From the IMG/VR virus record IMGVR_UViG_3300037264_006630, positions 96,001 to 160,000 of that record: DNA of 64,000 nucleotides; one strand, given 5' to 3'. This document shows positions 8,950 to 18,291 of the stretch, piece after piece. This stretch comes from a virus. A program made the position numbers and the translations under genes. The notes below the pieces were generated by a model. The model was given only the letters and a program-made list of their open reading frames with translations, was not told the DNA's origin and made no database searches. Position 1 is the stretch's first letter, and every line of letters begins with the position of its first letter.

Positions 8950-9188
8950 GCTCGGCCCTGTTGCAGCCGCGAGCCGGCATCATCGTCGTGCGGGTCGGGC
9001 AGCTCGTCGTGGCCGGCAACGACTCCTACCAACTCGTCGCCCTGGGCGGCGTCTACGGCGAGGAGGTGCGGCTCTTGGGCAACAAGCCCTACCGGAAGTC
9101 CCGCGCCAAGCCGCTCGGCTGGCGTCGGACCGCGCCACGTCGGCGCACCTGTCGTCCGTGCCGACAGCCGGATGCCAAGGCCGCGTAG
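8946..9188 (+). CDS. Possible small protein
   Basis: GTGA-coupled ORF; its 3' end overlaps a UAS. Confidence 0.4.
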   Translation: MSSALLQPRAGIIVVRVGQLVVAGNDSYQLVALGGVYGEEVRLLGNKPYRKSRAKPLGWRRTAPRRRTCRPCRQPDAKAA

Positions 9189-9326
9189 CGGCAAGAGATA
9201 CCGTCGTGAATCCACAGAGAACACAGGTTGATCACAGGGCACTGTCGTCGCGGACGACACTCCGGACCGCCGCGCGGGACGAGATCGTGCGCACTTGGAG
9301 GCGCGTGAACTTGGCACCGCTCATGC
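9149..9326 (+). promoter_or_regulatory. sigma54 promoter module M7 (leadered, SD downstream)
   Basis: UAS at 9149-9167 and 9242-9260; operator ATCGTGCG-N10-CGCGTGAA at 9284-9309; TGGCACCGCTCATGCT (GG 9313, GC 9325). Confidence 0.8.
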
Positions 9327-9382
9327 TCTACACCGGGCTGTTCGGTCGTCGAGCCGCCAACGTCTACAGGAGGACACGAGCC

Positions 9383-9883
9383 ATGATCTGGGTACACCGC
9401 GACCTACTGCCACCCGCCGTACATGTCATCGTCTCGGGCTGCACTGCGCGTCACGGCGCTGCGGCCGGTATCGCCACCACGTGGGCATCCCAGATCGTGC
9501 AGCGGCGAGGCGCCGACCCGCAGGCGCACATTTTCGCGGGCATGGCGCCCGACGAGCCCATCACCACGATCGGCGTGGCGCGCGGCGTCTCCGCGACGGC
9601 GGCGGCAGGCCGGGTCGTCACGGTGCTGCCGGGCGAGCGCGACCCCGCCGACCGCTCGTGGCTCCGCGAGCTGGCCGCGATGGCGCCGGCGTCCCCCGTC
9701 GGACTCGCGATCGTCGCGATCGTCGACGCCTGGGATTGGGCGGATCGCACGCCCCACGACACCTGCACCGAGTCCGAGGCGCGGGCGCTGGGCCTGCACA
9801 TCGGCTACCCAGGCGAGCGGCACGTCGCCTACCCGGAGGCGATGGGCGTCCGCCTGATCCCGGACCATCCGCCGCAGTGCTGA
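9383..9883 (+). CDS. Hypothetical protein, weak resemblance to a degenerate DHH phosphoesterase
   Basis: AGGAGG SD; VIVSGC..HGAAAG and IVDAWDW loosely echo DHH-family segments, but catalytic motifs are absent. Confidence 0.55.
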   Translation: MIWVHRDLLPPAVHVIVSGCTARHGAAAGIATTWASQIVQRRGADPQAHIFAGMAPDEPITTIGVARGVSATAAAGRVVTVLPGERDPADRSWLRELAAMAPASPVGLAIVAIVDAWDWADRTPHDTCTESEARALGLHIGYPGERHVAYPEAMGVRLIPDHPPQC

Positions 9884-9911
9884 CCGACCCCGACCCCGAG
9901 GAGATCCTGAC

Positions 9912-10376
9912 ATGAGCTACACCTACACCGTCGCGTCCTACCAGGCCGCTGTCGCGCTGTCGCGGCAGATCGTCGATACCGAGCGTGAGGCAGCCGACGC
10001 CGTCAGCGCCGAGCTCGTGGATGCGACGTACGCGACTCGCTACGCTGACAGCCACGCGCTCTATGCCCGCGTCTCGACGTGGCTCGGCCGGTCGCTCGGC
10101 GCCCGCCCCATGCGCGACACCGTCGACGCGATGGTGCGCGAGGATCCGCGATGCGCCCGCTACGCCGTCGCGCTCGCCGACGCGCGCGAGTTCGCGCGAC
10201 ACAGCGACGCCGACATCGGCAGGGGCGCGCACCTGGCGTACCTGGTCGTGCTCCGACTCGCGCGCCGCAACGCCGCGTGGCAGCCGGTCGCGGATGCGTG
10301 GCCGGATCACCTGCGAGAGCGTGGCCCGGTCGGCGAGCGCGACCCGGGCGCAGGCACCGGACACCGCGAGCGCTGA
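9912..10376 (+). CDS. Hypothetical protein
   Basis: GAGGAG SD. Confidence 0.65.
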   Translation: MSYTYTVASYQAAVALSRQIVDTEREAADAVSAELVDATYATRYADSHALYARVSTWLGRSLGARPMRDTVDAMVREDPRCARYAVALADAREFARHSDADIGRGAHLAYLVVLRLARRNAAWQPVADAWPDHLRERGPVGERDPGAGTGHRER

Positions 10377-10510
10377 CCGGCTATCGACGCCGGCGCGAGG
10401 CTGACGGCCTCGCAGCGCACCACACAGCGGCACCCGCCATCTGGCGCAGGCGCTGAGATCGACATGAGCACACCAGCGCCGGCATGACCGGCGCACGAAA
10501 GGCTACGACC

Positions 10511-10984
10511 ATGAGCACCCTGACCCCGCACCTCGACGCCCTCGCTCGCCTCCCCCGCTCCATCACCGACGGCCTCGCCGCGTGGATGTCCTCCGCGATC
10601 CGCGAGGCCGCGCAGGACGCCGACTACGACGAGGCGCCCGCCGACGTCGGCACCGCCTGCCGCGAGATCGCCGCGAGCATCACGACCCCCGACTGCCCCG
10701 TCACGCCGGGCGCCGTCCTCGCCGACCCGTGGCACGCCGCGCGGCTCGTCGTCTGTCGCCGCCTCGCCGCCGAGGGCTACGGGCTGCGCGGCGACGGGTC
10801 CGGCCGTGGCGTCGCCCACGAGTCGGTCATCGCGCAGCACCGGGCCGACGTGCTCGCAGGCTGGCCGGGCGCTCTCGTCGATCTGGCGTGGACCGGGCCG
10901 ACCTGCGCCGAGCGCGGGCCGCAGCAGTGGGAGACGGCGTACCGGATCGTCGAGCGCCCCGACGGCACGGCCGAGATCTCGTGA
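10511..10984 (+). CDS. Hypothetical protein
   Basis: GC3-biased ORF; alternative start 10484. Confidence 0.6.
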   Translation: MSTLTPHLDALARLPRSITDGLAAWMSSAIREAAQDADYDEAPADVGTACREIAASITTPDCPVTPGAVLADPWHAARLVVCRRLAAEGYGLRGDGSGRGVAHESVIAQHRADVLAGWPGALVDLAWTGPTCAERGPQQWETAYRIVERPDGTAEIS

Positions 10985-11169
10985 CCTCCGACGTCGACGC
11001 CCTCGCCATCGCCCGCACCCACCGCATCGACGCCGGCACCCCGGCCGACGAGGGCGAGGCGGCGGACCTGCGGGTCATCGAGCGGATCGCCGCGCTCGAT
11101 CTCGTCGAGCCCGCGCCTGGCTGGATCGATCGCGCCGTCGCGCGGTGGCGCAACACCACCCGCAAGTAG
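10981..11169 (+). CDS. Small hypothetical protein
   Basis: GTGA coupling. Confidence 0.55.
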   Translation: MTSDVDALAIARTHRIDAGTPADEGEAADLRVIERIAALDLVEPAPGWIDRAVARWRNTTRK

Positions 11170-11206
11170 CCATCAACCGTCACCGACAACGACAGGAAAC
11201 CAAACG

Positions 11207-11620
11207 ATGACCACTCAGACCATCGCTCCCGCCCGCCTCTGGCCGTCCTCCGATCACCGCTGGGAGATCCCCGCGCGCCCGTCGTCCAACCCCGACGCGG
11301 CAGTGTACGACATGCTCGTCGACGTCCTCCACGACATCGACCTCATCGCCGCGCAGTGCCCCGACGGCGCCGCGACCGGGTGGCTCGCGCTGCGCACGAC
11401 GGTCCGCGATCGGATCGACGTCGTGGCGCACGCGCCGACCGCGCCGGTGCAGCGCTCGCTCACCAGCGGCGACCGCGTCCGGCGAACCGACGTCGCCGAC
11501 GTGCGCGGCAGGATCACCAGCACCCGCACCAGCGGTGGCGTGTCGTACGCGGTCGTCCGGTACGACGGCGGCATGAACACGGCCGAGTTGCCGACGGCCC
11601 TGTTGGAGCGCGCGTCGTGA
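11207..11620 (+). CDS. Hypothetical protein (C-terminal SH3-like segment)
   Basis: AGGA SD; GDRVRR..GRITS..YAVVRYDGG. Confidence 0.6.
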   Translation: MTTQTIAPARLWPSSDHRWEIPARPSSNPDAAVYDMLVDVLHDIDLIAAQCPDGAATGWLALRTTVRDRIDVVAHAPTAPVQRSLTSGDRVRRTDVADVRGRITSTRTSGGVSYAVVRYDGGMNTAELPTALLERAS

Positions 11621-11991
11621 CGCTGGTGGCACGGACGGAATGGGAGGCGCTCATCCGAGCCGAGGGGATCGATCCGCCGCCGATGGGAGACGGGTTCACG
11701 CGCTGGGCGCCGACGGGCGACCCGGCGCCGGGTGCGCTGTCGCGCCTCGTGTCGACCGGCCTCATCGTGCGCTCGGATGGCACCGCCGTCATGGTCACGG
11801 CGCTGCCGACCATGGAGGACCACGGCATGCTCAAGGCTCACACGGGCGCCGGGGCATTCGCTCGCATGTACCCCGGTCGCGCGACGCCGCTGGACGCGAT
11901 CGGCGCGCTGGGATGGGACGCCTACTGCGAGCTGCTCATCACCGGACCGCCCTCGCGGACGCCGCCGGGTGGCGAACCACGCAAAAAGTAG
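11617..11991 (+). CDS. Hypothetical protein
   Basis: GTGA coupling. Confidence 0.55.
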   Translation: MTLVARTEWEALIRAEGIDPPPMGDGFTRWAPTGDPAPGALSRLVSTGLIVRSDGTAVMVTALPTMEDHGMLKAHTGAGAFARMYPGRATPLDAIGALGWDAYCELLITGPPSRTPPGGEPRKK

Positions 11992-11994
11992 CGG

Positions 11995-12093
11995 GTGTCG
12001 TCGGCGACTACAGGCCGGCGACCACTCCGGAACCAGACTTCGCACACCTGCACGAGCGCACGAACCGGCACACCCCGTGCAGTACCAGGCACC
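11995..12093 (+). promoter_or_regulatory. sigma54 promoter module M8
   Basis: UAS GTGTCGTCGGCGACTACAG at 11995-12013; operator 12039-12064; CGGCACACCCCGTGCA (GG 12067, GC 12079); ATG 13 nt later. Confidence 0.8.
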
Positions 12094-13029
12094 ATGATCA
12101 TCACCGTCCAGTTCGCGTTCACCTGCCGTATCTGTGGTCGTCGCGGTGCAGCGGGGTCGCAGGCCGAGTGGAGCAAGGCCGGGGGCACGGCGCACACGAG
12201 CTGCGCCGCCAAGTCGGCCCCGGCGCCCAAGGCGAAGTCCGCACGCAAGCCGGCTGCCCCGCGCCCGGCACCGCGGGTTCCGCAGGCCGGTGAGATCGAG
12301 ATCTCGCGCAAGGGCGACCGCCACGGCCGCTACACCGTTGGCGAGACGATCTACGCGGCCAAGGTCAACGGCGGTGGTGGCGATGGCCACTACTGGACGG
12401 TGGTCGCCGAGGGCTTCTCGCGCGCGAACGAGGACATGGGTCACTACGACGACTTCTGTTGGGCGACCGTGCGCCCGGCGACCGATGCCGAGGTCGCGCC
12501 GGTGGCGGCGCGCCGCGCGGCGGCGGATGCCGCGAAGTCCGCTGCGGCGGTGGCCGCGGGTGGGATGGTCGCGCTGGCGCGCGTCGGCCAGGCGGTCACC
12601 GAAGGCACCTGCCTGTCGCTGGTGGCCGTCGAGGCGCACCGCGTCGTGATGGCGGGCGCCTCCAAGATCTCGACGGTCAAGGACCGCTCGACCACGACCA
12701 CCTGGTTCCGCACTGTCGACGGTACGCTGGTGCGCGAGTCGCACGGCTACGACGACCATCGCCAGTGCGCGTACATCACGGCCGAGGCGCTGCTCGCGTC
12801 GGTGGCCGCCCAGGTCGACGCGGACGCCGATGACCTGCCGCTGGCCGACTCGCTGCGCAACGTCGCCAGCCGCTACAGCTACCCGGTCCACCGCGCCCGC
12901 GTCTGGCTCGCCGCCTCGCGCGGCGAGACGGTCCCGGTGGAGGTCGTGCCGCCGACCCTCGAGCCGCGCGAGTTGGAGACGGACGCCGATGTCCTGGCGA
13001 TGTCGGCCCAGATGGGAGCCTCCCTGTGA
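12094..13029 (+). CDS. Hypothetical protein with N-terminal Zn knuckle (CRICG...HTSC)
   Basis: Start defined by M8 spacing. Confidence 0.7.
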   Translation: MIITVQFAFTCRICGRRGAAGSQAEWSKAGGTAHTSCAAKSAPAPKAKSARKPAAPRPAPRVPQAGEIEISRKGDRHGRYTVGETIYAAKVNGGGGDGHYWTVVAEGFSRANEDMGHYDDFCWATVRPATDAEVAPVAARRAAADAAKSAAAVAAGGMVALARVGQAVTEGTCLSLVAVEAHRVVMAGASKISTVKDRSTTTTWFRTVDGTLVRESHGYDDHRQCAYITAEALLASVAAQVDADADDLPLADSLRNVASRYSYPVHRARVWLAASRGETVPVEVVPPTLEPRELETDADVLAMSAQMGASL

Positions 13030-13445
13030 CGATCACGGTCGACGACTCCACCGTCCACTGCGGCGCCATCCGGCACCTCTGCGCGACCAAGCGTACCGCA
13101 CAGATCACGGCGGCCACGCTCGCGCTCCGTGACGCTGGGTGGACCGTCGTTGGTCCCGCGTCTGGCCTCGGCTACCGCCGCCCCCTCGCGCTGCCTGGCG
13201 AGCGCATGTGCCAGCCGCTCGACGGGTCGCTCGCTGACCAGCGCGCACAGGGCTTCACCGTGTGGCGCCACGACGGCTCCATCAACCCTGACACCGGTGT
13301 TGGCCCGCGCACCGCCGCGCGAGCGATCACGATCGACGCCTGCGCCGGTCTGCCTCTGCTCGTGACCGAGGAGCGCGGCGATGTCGCCGAGGCGCGCGAG
13401 ATCATCGAGTGGTACATCGGGTCGATCGTGCAGGCCAACCCGTGA
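13026..13445 (+). CDS. Hypothetical protein
   Basis: Coupled operon gene. Confidence 0.6.
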   Translation: MTITVDDSTVHCGAIRHLCATKRTAQITAATLALRDAGWTVVGPASGLGYRRPLALPGERMCQPLDGSLADQRAQGFTVWRHDGSINPDTGVGPRTAARAITIDACAGLPLLVTEERGDVAEAREIIEWYIGSIVQANP

Positions 13446-14032
13446 CCGTCGGCCGCCTCAAGATCCTCCGCATCGAGGTGGATGGGCACTTCCGCGGCTC
13501 GTCGGATGTGCCCCGCCCCTGGGTGGCGCAGATCGACGGGCCGGACGCTCGCTGGGGCCTGGCTCGCACGTTCATTCAGTGCCTGCGCGACTGGCGTGGC
13601 GCTCACCGCGCGAACAGCGGCAACCTCTACGGCGTGGTCGCGGCGTTCCCGCTCCACGACGGCAAGCTCTACGAGGTGTGCCGCCTGCGCGGCAAGTCGA
13701 GCAAGCGCCACGTCGCGCGCGAGTTCTGGCGCGTGGTCGACGGCAAGATGGTCGAGCTCGAGCCGAGCGAGGCGCTCGCTCTTGCCGATGGCTACGATGG
13801 CCCCGCGGTCGAGCACACGGTCGCCGACGGGACCAAGGTGGCGCTCGTCACCGGGCTCGGGACCCCGACGCCGCTCGGGTTCGTGATGGCGGACGGCCGG
13901 CGCCTGTTCCGGCTGCGCGACGGCCACATCCACGAGGTCATGACCGACACCGGCCGCGAGCTCCTCGCGGTGCGAGACGGCGATGTCGCGTCCATCTCGG
14001 ACATGGAGGCGTTGGCGTGGCTGATGCGATGA
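13442..14032 (+). CDS. Hypothetical protein upstream of IbrA-like gene
   Basis: GTGA coupling on both sides. Confidence 0.65.
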   Translation: MTVGRLKILRIEVDGHFRGSSDVPRPWVAQIDGPDARWGLARTFIQCLRDWRGAHRANSGNLYGVVAAFPLHDGKLYEVCRLRGKSSKRHVAREFWRVVDGKMVELEPSEALALADGYDGPAVEHTVADGTKVALVTGLGTPTPLGFVMADGRRLFRLRDGHIHEVMTDTGRELLAVRDGDVASISDMEALAWLMR

Positions 14033-15243
14033 AGCGACCGATCGGGATCGACGTCCTCGCCGCCGCTCGCCAGCGGATCGCGTGGGTGTTCGACGCCTTC
14101 CCGCGGATCTACCTGTCCGGCCCCAGCGGCAAGGACTCGTCGGTGATGATGCACCTGGTCTGCCAGGAGGCGCGTCGCCGCGGTCGGCGGGTGGGCGTGC
14201 TGTTCCTCGATCTCGAGGCGCAGTACCGCCTCACCATCGACCACGTCCGCGACATGTTCGCGCTCTACGCCGACGTGATCGATCCGTTCTGGGTCGCCCT
14301 GCCGCTCAACCTGCGCAACGCGGTGAGCCAGATCGCCCCGTTCTGGACGTGCTGGGATCCTGCGGCCGAGCCGCTCTGGGTGCGGCCCCGGGAGCCGGGC
14401 AGCATCGCCGACCCCGAGCGCTTCCCGTTCTACCGCCACGCGATGGAGTTCGAGGAGTTCGTCGAGGGGTTCGGCAACTGGTACGCGGGCGACGAGGCGT
14501 GCGCGTGCTTCGTCGGCATCCGCGCCAACGAGTCGCTCAACCGCTGGCGGGCGATCGTCCGGCGCCGGAAGTCGCGGCTCGAGGGCCGCGCCTACACCAC
14601 CTGGCGCGGTGACCAGCTCGTGAACGTCTACCCGATCTACGACTGGCGCACCGAGGATATCTGGACCTACGTCGGCCGCGAGCGCGCGGCCTACAACCGC
14701 ATCTACGACGGCATGCACCAGGCCGGGATGTCGATCCACCAGATGCGGATCTGCCAGCCCTACGGGGATGACCAGCGCCGGAGTTTGAACCTTTACCACG
14801 TCCTCGAGCCCCTCACCTGGACCCGCGTCGTCGCGCGCGTGGCCGGCGCCAACCAGGGCGCGCTCTACGCCGGCAAGCGCGGCAACATCCTCGGCAACGG
14901 CAACATCGTGCTGCCCGCCGGCCACACCTGGCAGAGCTTCGTGGAGTTCCTGCTCGCCTCGATGCCGCAGGCCGAGGCAGACAACTACCGCGACAAGATC
15001 GCGGTGTTCATCCAGTGGTGGCGCAACCGGTACGGCCTCGAGATGACCGAGGACGACGACCCCGATCTGGTCGGCACGTACAAGCGCCAGCCGACGTGGA
15101 AGCGGGTGGCCAAGGTCATCCTCAAGAACGACTTTCTCTGCAAGGGTCTGAGCTTCTCGCAGCAACGCAGCGAGCCGAGCTCGTACGACCGGTACAAGAA
15201 GCTGATGCGCGACCGCCGCGCGAGATGGGGCATCTACGCATGA
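14029..15243 (+). CDS. ibrA: IbrA-like PAPS-reductase + DUF3440 protein
   Basis: SGPSGKDSS PP-loop, VGIRANESLNRW, YPIYDWRTEDIW, MRICQPYGDDQR, TW..VVARVAGAN, KNDFLCKGLSF. Confidence 0.85.
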   Translation: MKRPIGIDVLAAARQRIAWVFDAFPRIYLSGPSGKDSSVMMHLVCQEARRRGRRVGVLFLDLEAQYRLTIDHVRDMFALYADVIDPFWVALPLNLRNAVSQIAPFWTCWDPAAEPLWVRPREPGSIADPERFPFYRHAMEFEEFVEGFGNWYAGDEACACFVGIRANESLNRWRAIVRRRKSRLEGRAYTTWRGDQLVNVYPIYDWRTEDIWTYVGRERAAYNRIYDGMHQAGMSIHQMRICQPYGDDQRRSLNLYHVLEPLTWTRVVARVAGANQGALYAGKRGNILGNGNIVLPAGHTWQSFVEFLLASMPQAEADNYRDKIAVFIQWWRNRYGLEMTEDDDPDLVGTYKRQPTWKRVAKVILKNDFLCKGLSFSQQRSEPSSYDRYKKLMRDRRARWGIYA

Positions 15244-15614
15244 CCGACGACAAGGACAAGAACGGCATCCCGCTGGACCTCGTGCGCGCTGCGCGCCGCG
15301 AGGAGTCGCTCCGCGGACGGGTCCACCTGTGCAGCACCCGCCGCGAGCCGCTCCTGGTCGATGGGCAGGTGGTCGGCTTCGTCACTCCGCGCCAGGTCGG
15401 CGACGCCTGGCGGCACGGCCCGATCTACGTGGCCCCGGGCTTCCGCAGTCGGGGACTCGTGGCCGCCTACTACGCCTCCCACCCGGAGCGGATCTGCGTG
15501 GCGTTCGTCGCCGACAGTAACCGCTCGTCGCGGTCTGCGCACGTCGCGGCTGGGTTCGCCAACTGGCGCCGCGGCAAGGACGGCTGGTTCATGCGGCGGG
15601 AGGCGCAGCCGTGA
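15240..15614 (+). CDS. GNAT-fold acetyltransferase-like protein
   Basis: IYVAPGFRSRGL (motif A) and NRSSRSAHVAAGF (motif B). Confidence 0.6.
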   Translation: MTDDKDKNGIPLDLVRAARREESLRGRVHLCSTRREPLLVDGQVVGFVTPRQVGDAWRHGPIYVAPGFRSRGLVAAYYASHPERICVAFVADSNRSSRSAHVAAGFANWRRGKDGWFMRREAQP

Positions 15615-16240
15615 TCGAGGCCCTGACCGAGCAGCTCTGCGCCGAGCTCGCGCAGCTCGACGAGGACGCGCGGATCGACGCACTCAACGCCGTGCGCACC
15701 GCCCTGCACGCGGTGTCGCCGCTGCGCGCCGAGCCGGTCGACCTGGTGCTGTGGGTCCGGGCCGAGCAGGTCCGCGGCAACGACTACAACCCCAACAGCG
15801 TAGCGCCGCCCGAGATGCGGCTCCTCCAGCACAGCGTCCTGGCCAACGGCTTCACCATGCCGATCGTCACCCATGAGATCGACGACGGCGTGACCGAGGT
15901 GGTCGATGGGTTCCACCGCCACCGCATCGGCAAGGACACCCCGGAGATCCGCACGCGCTGTCACGCCCGCCTGCCGGTCACCCGGATCCGCGCCGACCGC
16001 GCCGACACCGGCGCCCGCATCGCCGCCACCATCGAGCACAACCGCGCCCGCGGTGAGCATCAGGTCGGCCGCATGAGCGAGATCGTCCGCATGCTGTACC
16101 AGCAGGGCTGGAGCGAGACGCGGATCATGAAGGAGTTGGGGATGGAGGCCGACGAAGTGTTGCGCCTCAAGCAGATGACCGGGCTCGCTGACCTGTTCGC
16201 GGGCCGTGAATTCTCCGAGGCATGGGAGCCGAACGAATGA
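15611..16240 (+). CDS. ibrB: IbrB-like ParB/Srx-domain protein
   Basis: NDYNPNSVAPPEMRLL, VVDGFHR, RIAATIEHNRARGEH, C-terminal HTH. Confidence 0.85.
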   Translation: MIEALTEQLCAELAQLDEDARIDALNAVRTALHAVSPLRAEPVDLVLWVRAEQVRGNDYNPNSVAPPEMRLLQHSVLANGFTMPIVTHEIDDGVTEVVDGFHRHRIGKDTPEIRTRCHARLPVTRIRADRADTGARIAATIEHNRARGEHQVGRMSEIVRMLYQQGWSETRIMKELGMEADEVLRLKQMTGLADLFAGREFSEAWEPNE

Positions 16241-16461
16241 CCGACCGCATCCGCCACCTCACCGTCCTGCTCGAGCAGGACACCCGCACCGACGATCTCG
16301 AACCGATCATCGCCGCCATCTCCCACATCCGCGGCGTCGCCAAGGTGACGCCCGGCCAGCCGGTGAACATGAGTGACTACATCGCCCGCGAGACCGCCAA
16401 GCGCGAACTCGGCGTGCAGCTCTTGGCGATCGTCTTCCCGAAGCAGGAGCCGCGGTCGTGA
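16237..16461 (+). CDS. Small hypothetical protein
   Basis: ATGA coupling. Confidence 0.6.
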   Translation: MTDRIRHLTVLLEQDTRTDDLEPIIAAISHIRGVAKVTPGQPVNMSDYIARETAKRELGVQLLAIVFPKQEPRS

Positions 16462-16652
16462 GCGGCAAGATCGGAGTCGGTTCAGTGGTCCTCTTGAATG
16501 GCGCCCATTGGACCGTGGAGGAGGTGTTCAACGCGCACGGACACGATGCGGCGCACTTGGTCCGGGACGCGGGCGGCCAGCCGCAGCGTGCGCTGGCCGT
16601 GCCGCTGGATGGGTTGGCCGCCGTCGATGTCGCCGTCCCGGTCAAGGAGTGA
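16458..16652 (+). CDS. Small hypothetical protein (DUF2158-like small barrel)
   Basis: GVGSVVLLNGAHWTVEEV. Confidence 0.5.
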   Translation: MSGKIGVGSVVLLNGAHWTVEEVFNAHGHDAAHLVRDAGGQPQRALAVPLDGLAAVDVAVPVKE

Positions 16653-16654
16653 CC

Positions 16655-16993
16655 ATGCCCGAGCCGATCAGCCTAACCCCGCCGGCCGCCGCCTGCGCCA
16701 TCCTCACCATCACCACCGACCGCGGCACCATCGAGGCGTGGGTCGTCTTCGACGATCTCCACACCGCGCAGGCACGCTTCGTCGAAGCGCCGACCTGGCC
16801 CGAGGCCACGAAGTACATCATGCAGGCGGACGGCAACACCTCCGCGGTCGCGGGTCGCGGGCGCCGCTGGTACGTCGTCCGCGACAGCGGCGAGGTCACG
16901 CCCTGGCACCTGGCCCCGGCCGAGCTCACCTACGCCGCCGACCTGCGCCGCGCCTGCGAGGCCGCGCTGGTCATGAACGGCTCGCACTCGTGA
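16655..16993 (+). CDS. Hypothetical protein
   Basis: AAGGAG SD. Confidence 0.6.
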   Translation: MPEPISLTPPAAACAILTITTDRGTIEAWVVFDDLHTAQARFVEAPTWPEATKYIMQADGNTSAVAGRGRRWYVVRDSGEVTPWHLAPAELTYAADLRRACEAALVMNGSHS

Positions 16994-17011
16994 TGCGCCA
17001 CCTCGTCACGC

Positions 17012-17205
17012 CTGTCGTCGGCGCCGACACCTGCACCGCAAGCCCGCAGGCCGGCACGTCGTTCGAGGGACTGGCGAGATCGCGCACGGTCACCATCCGT
17101 TCCGCGCTGTCGCCGCCAGCGACACCCGGCCCCGATCGCCCCCAGCATCCGCGCCACCTTCCGTCCACCGCCAACCTGGCACCCCTCGTGCTCTACACCT
17201 CCACC
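17012..17205 (+). promoter_or_regulatory. sigma54 promoter module M9
   Basis: UAS at 17012-17030 and 17107-17125; TGGCACCCCTCGTGCT (GG 17178, GC 17190); ATG 14 nt later; operator degenerate. Confidence 0.75.
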
Positions 17206-17364
17206 ATGACCAACGCCTCGACCGACACCAGCACGCCGCCCGCGGAGCCCACGCCCGCTGCCACCGAGCGGCGGCCGAGCCCGCCCTTCCCGTTCATCGA
17301 CATCAGCGGGGCCGCCGAAGCCAGGGCCGCCGTGGGTCAGCCCGTCCCGCCCGGAGTCAACTGA
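17206..17364 (+). CDS. Small Pro-rich protein
   Basis: Leaderless start after M9. Confidence 0.5.
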   Translation: MTNASTDTSTPPAEPTPAATERRPSPPFPFIDISGAAEARAAVGQPVPPGVN

Positions 17365-17365
17365 G

Positions 17366-17635
17366 ATGCCCGAGTCCAAGCCCAAGAAGCTCCGCGCCGA
17401 GGTCGCCGCTCGCGCAGCCCACGGCACCCGCCAGGCCATCCCCGTCATCACCGATGTGGCGCCGGTGCCGAAGCGCCACCTGACCCTGCCGGACGTCGTT
17501 CGCGAGGTCACCCACCGCGGTCGGTTCACGGTGACCCAGATCGCCGGCGCCATCGGCGTCTCGGCCGGGTCAGTCCGGTTCTCTGAGATCGCCACCGAGG
17601 TCGGCAAGGTCCCCGGCTACCGGCCGCTCCGGTAA
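17366..17635 (+). CDS. Small HTH DNA-binding protein
   Basis: FTVTQIAGAIGVSAGSVR helix-turn-helix pattern. Confidence 0.55.
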   Translation: MPESKPKKLRAEVAARAAHGTRQAIPVITDVAPVPKRHLTLPDVVREVTHRGRFTVTQIAGAIGVSAGSVRFSEIATEVGKVPGYRPLR

Positions 17636-17788
17636 CCGCTCCCCGTTCACGCGCTCCAGCCTGGCCTTCCCCAGCGGGCGCCCGGGGCTGTCGATGGGAC
17701 CTCACCTGTCGATAGCACCCCTCACCCGGGTTTGGTAGCTGACCTCGGAGGTCAGACTGGAACGCGCGAGCAGCCAAGGATTACGATC

Positions 17789-18070
17789 ATGCCCACCACC
17801 AAGACCCTCACTCACCCGACGATCCACCTGAACGGCTCCGGCCGCCAGCACCTCCTGGACGGCTACAGCAACGCGCGCGACAAGGTCCGCGAGCTCGAGT
17901 CCGCGCTCATGGCGGCGGCGCCCAACGGCCGCGACTACTACCCGCAGGGCGAGTCCGCGATCGGCCGTGCCATCGCCGAGCACTGCTCGCGCCTGGACCG
18001 CCTCCGGGCGCTCGATGCCGAGTTGGCCGAGCTCCAGCAGGCCGTGGCCGACGCGTCGGGTCGCCGGTGA
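17789..18070 (+). CDS. Conserved phage hypothetical protein (PTIHLNG...APNGRDYYPQG)
   Basis: Recognisable motif of an uncharacterised phage family. Confidence 0.7.
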   Translation: MPTTKTLTHPTIHLNGSGRQHLLDGYSNARDKVRELESALMAAAPNGRDYYPQGESAIGRAIAEHCSRLDRLRALDAELAELQQAVADASGRR

Positions 18071-18273
18071 TGTCGGCCCTGTTCTACCGGCTGCACCAGA
18101 CCGGACGCGGCGCGCGCGACTTCACCGAGCGGTACGAGGCGATCGCGCAGTGGCGGCACGCAACCACCCAGGTGGAGGACGGCGAGAGCACCAGCCTCTA
18201 CGCGGTCCGGGAGAGCAAGAACGAGGAGGAGCTCCTGGCTCACTACCAGCCGGTCCCGCACCGGATGGTGTAG
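18067..18273 (+). CDS. Small hypothetical protein
   Basis: Coupled to upstream stop. Confidence 0.55.
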   Translation: MMSALFYRLHQTGRGARDFTERYEAIAQWRHATTQVEDGESTSLYAVRESKNEEELLAHYQPVPHRMV

Positions 18274-18291
18274 CTATGCAACTTCTGCGGA

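Noticed and set aside
9383-9883. Functional DHH phosphoesterase
   Set aside because: DxD and DHH catalytic motifs are absent; resemblance is only loose
10480-10510. Possible sigma54 core GGCATGACCGGCGC with an operator half-site
   Set aside because: Poor match to GGCAC..TGC, ATG 16 nt away, no UAS and only one half-site
17758-17790. TGGAACG..GC as a sigma54 promoter
   Set aside because: GG-GC spacing is 9 or 12, not 10
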